Assembly (NCBI GenBank): GCA_009991965.1 | Contig: JAACWQ010000006.1 | Span: 7,174 to 71,173 of the forward strand | From: Minisyncoccota bacterium | GTDB taxonomy: Bacteria > Patescibacteriota > Microgenomatia > UBA1400 > PJMF01 | Direction of reading: 5' to 3' | Length of the DNA stretch: 64,000 bases | In this document: piece after piece, positions 57,188 through 64,000 of the stretch | How positions within the stretch are numbered: position 1 is the first letter of the stretch | Layout of the letters: each line of letters begins with the position of its first letter | The notes under the pieces: model-generated | The model's database searches: none | What the model was told of the DNA's origin: nothing | Seen by the model: only the letters and a program-made list of their open reading frames with translations | Made by a program: the position numbers and the translations under genes

Positions 57188-58574
57188 CCTCCATAAACTA
57201 ACACTAAAAAAAGCACTGGCTCAGATACAGTCGGGTGAGACAACAGCCAAAAAAATATACGCAGATTGTTTTTCTCAGATTGAGGCGGGCAACAAAGATC
57301 TGAATGTATTTCTTTCTACAAATTCTCCTACTTCAATGAAGCAATTTGAAAATCCAGAGACAACACTGCAGAATTGTCCTATAGCTGTTAAAGACAACAT
57401 TTGTATTGAAAATGAGGTGACAACCGCTGCTTCAACAGTTCTTGAGGATTACAAACCAGCCTACAGTGCCACACTCATTGATAACCTAAAACTTCATGGC
57501 GGCGCTGTAATTGGAAAAACGAATCTGGATGCCTGGGCTCATGGTTCGTCAACCGAAACTTCTCAATTTGGCAGAACACTGAACCCAAGAAATCCAAAAT
57601 ACTTGCCAGGAGGATCTTCGGGAGGTAGTGCTGCTGCAGTCGCTGCAGATATGTGCACAGCCGCAATAGGTACAGAAACTGCAGGTTCTATTCGTCAACC
57701 TGCCTCATGGTGCGGAGTGGTAGGACTCAAACCAACATATGGACGGGTGAGTAGATATGGCGTAATTGCAATGGCATCATCGACCGACTCGCCAGGCCCA
57801 ATTACTAAAACGGTGGAAGATGCAGCGATCATGCTCGCCTGTCTTGCTGGTCATGATTCAAAAGACGGCACAACTACAAATCAAGCTGTTCCAGATTATG
57901 TATCGCTCCTACAAAAATCTATCTCGGGATTAAAAATTGGTATCATGTACCAAGACATACCGGGTCTTAAAATTGCAAATCCATATGTTTTGGCTGCTGC
58001 AAAAGTCTTAGAAAGCCTCGGCGCAAAAGTAGAACTCGTCAATGCATTGGATCCAAAATATGCAGTGAGCGTCTACACCATAGTACAAAGAGCAGAAGTT
58101 AGTAGTAATCTCGCGCGCTTTGATGGCATACGATTTGGCAATGATCGCTCATACTTTGGAGACGAAGCCCGCCGGAGAATTCTGCTTGGTACACATACTC
58201 TGCGAAAAGGATATGCAGAAAAATACTACCAAGTCGCGCAAAAGACACGAACACTCTTTATCGAAGATTTTTCCCGACTTTTTTCTTCTTATGATGTACT
58301 CATAAGCCCAACTTCTCCTTCATTTGCCGAACCAATTGGAGCAAGTGAAGATTCGGTTATGTTTGGAGAGCTAGCAGATATGCTACTCGAACCCAGCTCA
58401 ATTGCAGGCCTACCAGGTATTAGCGTGCCTTGTTTTCATGACGAAAAAACTAACCTCTATCTTGGTCTGAATATTATGGCGCCAGCATGGCGAGAAGATC
58501 TCGTGTTACAAGTCGCCCATGCGTATGAAATCAATACAGACTGGAACTCCTGGAGAAAAGATAACAATGACTAA
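57177..58574 (+). CDS. gatA: Asp/Glu-tRNA amidotransferase subunit A
   Basis: Amidase signature GKTNLDAWAHGSSTETS...GGSSGGSAAAVAADMC. Confidence 0.9.
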   Translation: MKNNLHKLTLKKALAQIQSGETTAKKIYADCFSQIEAGNKDLNVFLSTNSPTSMKQFENPETTLQNCPIAVKDNICIENEVTTAASTVLEDYKPAYSATLIDNLKLHGGAVIGKTNLDAWAHGSSTETSQFGRTLNPRNPKYLPGGSSGGSAAAVAADMCTAAIGTETAGSIRQPASWCGVVGLKPTYGRVSRYGVIAMASSTDSPGPITKTVEDAAIMLACLAGHDSKDGTTTNQAVPDYVSLLQKSISGLKIGIMYQDIPGLKIANPYVLAAAKVLESLGAKVELVNALDPKYAVSVYTIVQRAEVSSNLARFDGIRFGNDRSYFGDEARRRILLGTHTLRKGYAEKYYQVAQKTRTLFIEDFSRLFSSYDVLISPTSPSFAEPIGASEDSVMFGELADMLLEPSSIAGLPGISVPCFHDEKTNLYLGLNIMAPAWREDLVLQVAHAYEINTDWNSWRKDNND

Positions 58575-59907
58575 TCAAAAGTACCAACTCGTCTGTGGCA
58601 TGGAGGTTCATGCAGAACTCAAAACCAATTCAAAGATGTTTTGCGGCTGTAAAAATGATCCGTTTCATGCGGAGAAACCAAATATCTATACCTGTCCAGT
58701 TTGCCTTGGCTTGCCTGGCGCATTGCCAGTTGCAAACAAACAGGCGATCGAGTGGACGATCAAACTTGGCCTCGCCCTCGGTTGTAAAATAAATCTGTTT
58801 TCGAAGTTTGATCGCAAACATTACTTTTATCCTGATCTTCCCAAAGGCTATCAGATCAGTCAGTATGATCTGCCATTTTGCTATGACGGAAAGATTGAAA
58901 CCGAACTCGGCACCGTGCGAATCCATCGTATTCATCTGGAAGAGGACACGGGGAAGTTACTGCACAAAACAGTGAATGGCGAGCAAGTCAGTCTGATTGA
59001 TTTTAATCGCTCGAGTGTGCCGCTGATTGAGATTGTGACTGAGCCAGATATTACCACGGCCGCGCACGCAGCTGCGTACGGCAAGCAGCTTCGCAAAATC
59101 TTACAGTATCTGGATATAGCCAATTGTGACATGGAACAAGGCGGCATGCGTCTGGAGGCAAATGTGTCACTACGACCAGTGGGCGAGACCGAGCTACCAA
59201 ACTACAAAACAGAGATTAAAAACATCAACTCATTCCGCTTTCTCGAACAGGCGATTGATTTTGAAATCGATCGACAGGCTGAACTCTTAGCAAATAATCA
59301 GATAGTTTCACAAGAGACTCGGGGGTGGAATTCTGTGAAACAAGTAACTTATTCGCAAAGAAGTAAAGAAGACGCCGAAGATTATCGCTATTTCCCGGAC
59401 CCTGATATTCCGCCAATTCGTTTTACAGAAGAACAGATTGCGGCTATCCGTGAAACGATTCCAGAGTTACCGAGTGCTATTGCTACTCGCTGGCAGCAAG
59501 AATATGGCATTGAGCCAAACATGATTGAACAAATTATCGTGAATACTACAGTTTCACGACAATACGACAAACTCTTCACGAATGCGAAAAATGAGGGGAT
59601 ATCTGTCGCCTCACTACTCAAAAACATCTTGAGCAAGAAAGTGCCTTCGCCGTTAGAAGCTGGGGCAGAACAAACGCTTCTACAGTTTAAAGAGCTACAA
59701 AAAACAGACGTTGTAGATGACACACAGCTTATAGCAATTGTAAACAAGGTTTTGACAGAAAACCCAGATATTTCCGCCAAGTACTTTAGCGGACAAAAGC
59801 AAGTTATTGGATTCGTTATGGGCCAAATACTACGTGAATTGCCAAAAAAATCTGATCCCGCACAGGTGCGTGAAGCGATCATCACACAGCTTGAGGCTAC
59901 AAAATAA
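58567..59907 (+). CDS. gatB: Asp/Glu-tRNA amidotransferase subunit B
   Basis: YQLVCGMEVHAELKTNSKMFCGC...CPVCLGLPGALP, a canonical GatB N-terminus. The ATG at 58567 overlaps the gatA stop. Confidence 0.9.
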   Translation: MTNQKYQLVCGMEVHAELKTNSKMFCGCKNDPFHAEKPNIYTCPVCLGLPGALPVANKQAIEWTIKLGLALGCKINLFSKFDRKHYFYPDLPKGYQISQYDLPFCYDGKIETELGTVRIHRIHLEEDTGKLLHKTVNGEQVSLIDFNRSSVPLIEIVTEPDITTAAHAAAYGKQLRKILQYLDIANCDMEQGGMRLEANVSLRPVGETELPNYKTEIKNINSFRFLEQAIDFEIDRQAELLANNQIVSQETRGWNSVKQVTYSQRSKEDAEDYRYFPDPDIPPIRFTEEQIAAIRETIPELPSAIATRWQQEYGIEPNMIEQIIVNTTVSRQYDKLFTNAKNEGISVASLLKNILSKKVPSPLEAGAEQTLLQFKELQKTDVVDDTQLIAIVNKVLTENPDISAKYFSGQKQVIGFVMGQILRELPKKSDPAQVREAIITQLEATK

Positions 59908-62900
59908 TGCCTAATGCATTTGTCCATCTCCACGTGCACTCTGAGTACTCTATGCTCGATGGTCTCAGTAAGCTCGATCCGCTGTTGAAGCAGGTCCAAG
60001 CCCATGGACAAACAGCCGTGGCGCTGACTGACCATGGAAATATGCACGGAGCCGTTCACTTTTACAACGCGTGTAAAAAAGCTGGCGTGAAACCAATTGT
60101 TGGCCTCGAAGCGTACTACGCAAAAGAGTCACGAACCAACAAACAAGTAAAAATGGGATCGGATCAGTTTCATCTGACATTACTTGCGCAAAACTTCACG
60201 GGCTACCAAAATTTATTGCAGCTTGTTTCACGAGCGAACTTTGAGGGCTTTTCATACAAACCACGCATTGATTTCGAATTACTCCAAGAACATTCTGAAG
60301 GCCTTATCTGTACAAGTGGCTGCATGAGTAGCCTCTTCAATAAACTGATTAGAGATGGCAATCTTGCTGAAGCCGAAAAGCAATTGAAAAAATTTGCAAA
60401 ACTTTTTCCTGATAGATTTTATATCGAAATTCAACGTCATCCCGCAATTCCTGGTCAAGAAGAATTGCTCGCAGAGCAGGTTAAGCTGGCTCGAAAACTC
60501 CATATTCCGCTCGTTGCGACCAACGACGTTCATTATGTATTTGCGCATGAAGCGGAGGCACAAGATGCTTTGCTCTGCGTACAAACGCGCAAATTAATTT
60601 CAGATAAAAAACGCATGACTATGCTCGACTCGCCAGATTTTTATCTTCGCTCGAGCAAAGAGATGATTGAGTTATTTCACGACTATCCAGATGCTATCGA
60701 AAACACCGTGAAAATAGCGGATTCTTGTGATTTGACCATTCCGACTGGCCAACTCATCTTTCCCGCATTTCCACTGCCAAAAGGTGAAACAACCAATTCA
60801 TATTTTAGGAAACTGACCGAAGCTGGCATCAAGAAGAAGTACCCAGAAATTACAAAAGAAGTAACAGAGCGAATGGAGTATGAACTCAAGGTTATTATCG
60901 ACAAAGGGTATGCAACCTACTTTCTTATCACTCAAGACTTTGTGAATTGGGCGCGAGGACAGGGGATCGGCGTTGGTCCGGGTCGTGGTTCTGCTGCAGC
61001 ATCAATCGTGTCATATGCGCTTGGCATCACTTCGCTCGACCCACTCCAACACGGCCTCCCATTTGAGCGCTTCCTCAATCCACAACGTCCAACGCCACCT
61101 GATATCGACATGGATTTTGCAGACGACCGCAGAGACGAAGTGATTAATTACGTAGCAAAAAAATACGGCGATGACCACGTCGGACACGTGATTACCTTTG
61201 GAAGGATGGAAGCTCGAGTATCAATTCGTGACATTGGCCGCGTGTTGGGCATGCCGTACGAAGAGCCAGATCGCATCGCGAAGTTAATTCCAAATCCTCC
61301 TGGCAAAAAAGTCTCGCTTAAAATAGCTGTCGAGACCGTGCCCGAACTCGCCGAATACTACAAACAACCAAAGTACCGCAAACTCATAGATCTGGCTCAA
61401 ACCGTCGAAGGCTCAATCAGACACTCATCTGTACACGCAGCTGCCATTATTATTTCTGATAAAGAATTACCGTTTTACACTGCAATCCAGAAAGATTCAA
61501 AAACGGGAAAAACAATCACCCAGTACGACATGTACGCCCTAGATTGCAATATTTCTGACGATGCCATTGGCTTGCTCAAATTTGACTTTTTGGGTCTGCG
61601 CAACTTATCAATTTTACAAACGGCAATCAATCTGATTGCGAAGCACAAAGGCAAAAAAATTGAAATTGAAAAAATTCCACTCACCGATGCAAAAACATTT
61701 GCGCTCCTTTCGAGCGGCGAAACGATGGGTGTTTTCCAACTTGAGTCTGCTGGCATGCGTCGAGTTGCTCGCACGCTCCAACCAACACAATTCTCAGACA
61801 TCATGGCTATGGTCGCACTGTATCGGCCGGGTCCAATGGATCTGATCCCGCAATTTATTGAAGGCAAACACAATCCAAAAAGCATCACCTATCCCCACGA
61901 ATCGCTCAAACCTGTGCTCGAAGAAACCTATGGTGTCATGGTCTACCAAGAGCAAATTTTGCAAATTGCCAATGTGATGGCTGGTTTCTCACTCGGAGAA
62001 GCAGACATTTTGCGACGCGCCATCGGTAAGAAGAAAAAGAAATTGCTCGACGAAAACAAACGCAGATTTACTACCGAGTCGGTGAAAAATGGCTATACCA
62101 AACAAGTAGCAGAAAAAGTCTGGGGCTTTATTGAGGCCTTTGCCAACTACGGATTCAACAAACCACACGCAGCTAGTTACGCCATGATTGCCTACCAAAC
62201 TGCGTATCTCAAGACACATTATCCTGCCGAGTATATGTGCGCACTCATGAGCGTTGAGTCTGCCTCGCACTCCGCCAATCGAGATGAAAAAGTGGCGTAT
62301 GCAATCGAAACTACCAAGAAAATGGGTATTCATATTTTGCCACCAGATATCAATCAATCTGATGCAGATTTTACGCTGGAAAAAGACGCGGAATCCGTCG
62401 ATGGCCTCAGCATCCGTTTTGGCTTGACCGCTATTAAACACGTGGGCTCAGCGGCAATCGAAAATATTCTTGCCTCCAGAAAGAAAGAAAAGAAATTTAG
62501 CTCATTGACACAATTTATAAATGTAACCGATGGCAGGAAAGCAAATAAAACTACCTTAGAGGTTCTGATCAAAGTTGGTGCATTCGATACATTTGGCACG
62601 CGTTCTAGTATGCTGGAAAGCTTAGAAAATATTCGACAAACAGCCAGCCAGCTCACTTCGGAAGATGAACAGCAGGACACACTTTTTTCTGGCGTTGCGC
62701 ACAGTTCACAAGAAATCAAAGACACCTTTCCGGTACTGGAGGAGTATCCAAAAGCCGAGTTACTTTCGTTTGAGAAAGAGCTGCTTGGACTGTTTCTGAC
62801 CGAGCATCCATTGGCACATGCGCTCACTGAGGTCGCAAAGCGCTCCAACAAAACTGTTACAGAACTAGATATCAACGTCCACGCTGGTGCGACCTTCTTA

Positions 62901-63362
62901 TTTGGTGGCATCATCAATAACATTCGACAAGTCACCACCAAGCGGACGGGCAGTCAAATGGCATTTGCGACTTTTCAAGATGAAACTGGCTCGATTCCAA
63001 TTGTTATTTTCCCCAAAATATATCAACAGTTCGGCGAGCTACTCGCCAACGATACCGCCATGTTGATTAAGGCAAAAGTTGACAATCGAGATGATGAAAT
63101 GCAACTCATGGTAGAAAAAATTGTTCCGCCAGATAGCATCCCAGAGACCAAAGCAGATATCGCAGACCACGAGATTTTCATCCCACGCCAAACAGAGCAG
63201 GCAACACTGGAAAAACTAGGCGCACTGCTCAAAAAACATACCGGCTCGGAATCTATCGTCGTCCTCATTCCAAATGGAGAAGAGCCGCAACGAATGCTTT
63301 TGCCATACTGCGTCACTTGGTCAGAATCACTTGATGCAGAAATCTCAAAATTACTGCGATAA
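59907..63362 (+). CDS. dnaE: DNA polymerase III alpha subunit DnaE
   Basis: PHP domain FVHLHVHSEYSMLDG, palm LLKFDFLGLRNLSIL, fingers, and an OB domain. 1151 aa. Confidence 0.95.
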   Translation: MPNAFVHLHVHSEYSMLDGLSKLDPLLKQVQAHGQTAVALTDHGNMHGAVHFYNACKKAGVKPIVGLEAYYAKESRTNKQVKMGSDQFHLTLLAQNFTGYQNLLQLVSRANFEGFSYKPRIDFELLQEHSEGLICTSGCMSSLFNKLIRDGNLAEAEKQLKKFAKLFPDRFYIEIQRHPAIPGQEELLAEQVKLARKLHIPLVATNDVHYVFAHEAEAQDALLCVQTRKLISDKKRMTMLDSPDFYLRSSKEMIELFHDYPDAIENTVKIADSCDLTIPTGQLIFPAFPLPKGETTNSYFRKLTEAGIKKKYPEITKEVTERMEYELKVIIDKGYATYFLITQDFVNWARGQGIGVGPGRGSAAASIVSYALGITSLDPLQHGLPFERFLNPQRPTPPDIDMDFADDRRDEVINYVAKKYGDDHVGHVITFGRMEARVSIRDIGRVLGMPYEEPDRIAKLIPNPPGKKVSLKIAVETVPELAEYYKQPKYRKLIDLAQTVEGSIRHSSVHAAAIIISDKELPFYTAIQKDSKTGKTITQYDMYALDCNISDDAIGLLKFDFLGLRNLSILQTAINLIAKHKGKKIEIEKIPLTDAKTFALLSSGETMGVFQLESAGMRRVARTLQPTQFSDIMAMVALYRPGPMDLIPQFIEGKHNPKSITYPHESLKPVLEETYGVMVYQEQILQIANVMAGFSLGEADILRRAIGKKKKKLLDENKRRFTTESVKNGYTKQVAEKVWGFIEAFANYGFNKPHAASYAMIAYQTAYLKTHYPAEYMCALMSVESASHSANRDEKVAYAIETTKKMGIHILPPDINQSDADFTLEKDAESVDGLSIRFGLTAIKHVGSAAIENILASRKKEKKFSSLTQFINVTDGRKANKTTLEVLIKVGAFDTFGTRSSMLESLENIRQTASQLTSEDEQQDTLFSGVAHSSQEIKDTFPVLEEYPKAELLSFEKELLGLFLTEHPLAHALTEVAKRSNKTVTELDINVHAGATFLFGGIINNIRQVTTKRTGSQMAFATFQDETGSIPIVIFPKIYQQFGELLANDTAMLIKAKVDNRDDEMQLMVEKIVPPDSIPETKADIADHEIFIPRQTEQATLEKLGALLKKHTGSESIVVLIPNGEEPQRMLLPYCVTWSESLDAEISKLLR

Positions 63363-63370
63363 TTTACAGT

Positions 63371-63399
63371 TTGCTTCTTTGGTAACTGCTGGCTATAAT
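63371..63399 (+). promoter_or_regulatory. sigma70-like promoter (TTGCTT-17 nt-TATAAT) ending 8 nt before the pyrG GTG; predicted leaderless
   Basis: -35 TTGCTT at 63371-76. -10 TATAAT at 63394-99. First in-frame start of pyrG is the GTG at 63408; an in-frame TAA lies at 63396-98. Confidence 0.4.
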
Positions 63400-63407
63400 T
63401 ACGCCCC

Positions 63408-64000
63408 GTGATAACCAGCGGGATTTTTTCCTCTACCGAAGATAAAAAACCTACCAAATACATTTTTGTTTCTGGTGGCGTTTTATCGGGTCTTGGCAAG
63501 GGTATTACGGCGGCTTCACTCGGGTATTTGCTCAAAAATCGTGGCTTTAGTGTCACCAACATAAAGTGTGAAAATTATCTCAATTTAGACTCCGGCAACA
63601 TCAATCCCATTGAACACGGCGACGTCTTTCTCTGCGAAGATGGTTTGGAAGCCGACCTCGATCTTGGTTCTTACGAGCGATTTCTCTCGGAAGAAGTTGG
63701 ACACAAAAACTTCACCACCATTGGCCAAGTCTACTCAGCTGTTATCGAAAAAACAAAAAATTTACAGTTCGATGGCGCAACGGTCGACGCCATTCCATAC
63801 GTTCCAGAAGAAGTTATCAAACGCATCATGACCGCAGCCGAGGGCTACGACATTATTCTTGTAGAGCTTGGTGGCACCGCTGGTGAGTACCAAAATGTCA
63901 TTTACTACGAGACATACCGCATCATGAAGTTGCGCATGCCAAATGACACGCTGCACATCCACGTTACATACTTTCCCAACCCATCACACATCAACGAACT
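63408..64000 (+). CDS. pyrG: CTP synthase, 5' part (runs off the window end); GTG start
   Basis: Translation ...KYIFVSGGVLSGLGKGITAASLGYLLKNRGFSVTNIKCENYLNLDSGNINPIEHGDVFLCEDGLEADLDLGSYERFL is a canonical PyrG N-terminus. It is absent from the ORF track because no stop falls within the window. Confidence 0.85.
   Translation, partial: MITSGIFSSTEDKKPTKYIFVSGGVLSGLGKGITAASLGYLLKNRGFSVTNIKCENYLNLDSGNINPIEHGDVFLCEDGLEADLDLGSYERFLSEEVGHKNFTTIGQVYSAVIEKTKNLQFDGATVDAIPYVPEEVIKRIMTAAEGYDIILVELGGTAGEYQNVIYYETYRIMKLRMPNDTLHIHVTYFPNPSHINE

Noticed and set aside
1-64000. Alternative genetic code (UGA recoding as in some CPR lineages)
   Set aside because: TGA cleanly terminates several well-delimited genes at positions matching homologue lengths, for example murC at 34240-42, htpX at 56910-12, mraY at 37702-04 and the first ORF at 1163-65. 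No conserved domain is interrupted by in-frame TGA.
1-64000. CRISPR arrays or other long interspersed repeats
   Set aside because: No repeat-spacer periodicity was seen. The only repeats are short coding tandem repeats (4239-4260; 22430-22465) and the MraZ-box octamers.

Overview
The window is 64 kb of a compact, almost entirely plus-strand genome with ATGA/TAATG start-stop overlaps at many gene junctions and very short intergenic regions. The gene content is typical of Patescibacteria/CPR-like bacteria: a eukaryote-type IleRS, an alpha2-type GlyRS, a dcw cluster that includes murA/murB, and many GT-C/GT2/GT4 enzymes. A Saccharibacteria-like lineage is a guess only. TGA is used as a stop codon, so the standard code 11 applies. 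The window has three blocks. (1) Positions 1-24355 are a continuous glycan-assembly island, interrupted only by ruvCAB. It contains three GT-C (GT39/ArnT-like) membrane glycosyltransferases, three to four Wzy_C/O-antigen-ligase-like paralogues, five GT4 and two GT2 enzymes, a hexapeptide acyltransferase, UDP-glucuronate decarboxylase, ManC and a small PglC-like initiating phosphoglycosyl transferase. One Wzy_C paralogue is fused to a degenerate calcineurin-like phosphoesterase domain. The island is capped by a DUF4012-like exported protein. (2) recO and glyQS are followed, after a terminator and candidate MraZ-box repeats, by an atypical dcw cluster: mraZ-rsmH-ftsL-ftsI-murE-yvcK-murC-murB-murA-mraY-ftsW-murG-ftsQ-ftsA-ftsZ. 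(3) The rest is housekeeping: ileS, rodA, rplU-[methyltransferase]-rpmA, parB and lepB. Then come a small flippase/GT2/Wzy_C module, three minus-strand tRNAs (Thr-CGT, Gly-CCC, Asp-GTC), lemA-htpX-gatCAB-dnaE and the 5' end of pyrG. No CRISPR, integrase or transposase is recognisable. The most unusual content is the paralogous Wzy_C family with an extra shared domain and a pseudo-phosphoesterase fusion, in a context that suggests a protein-glycosylation system.
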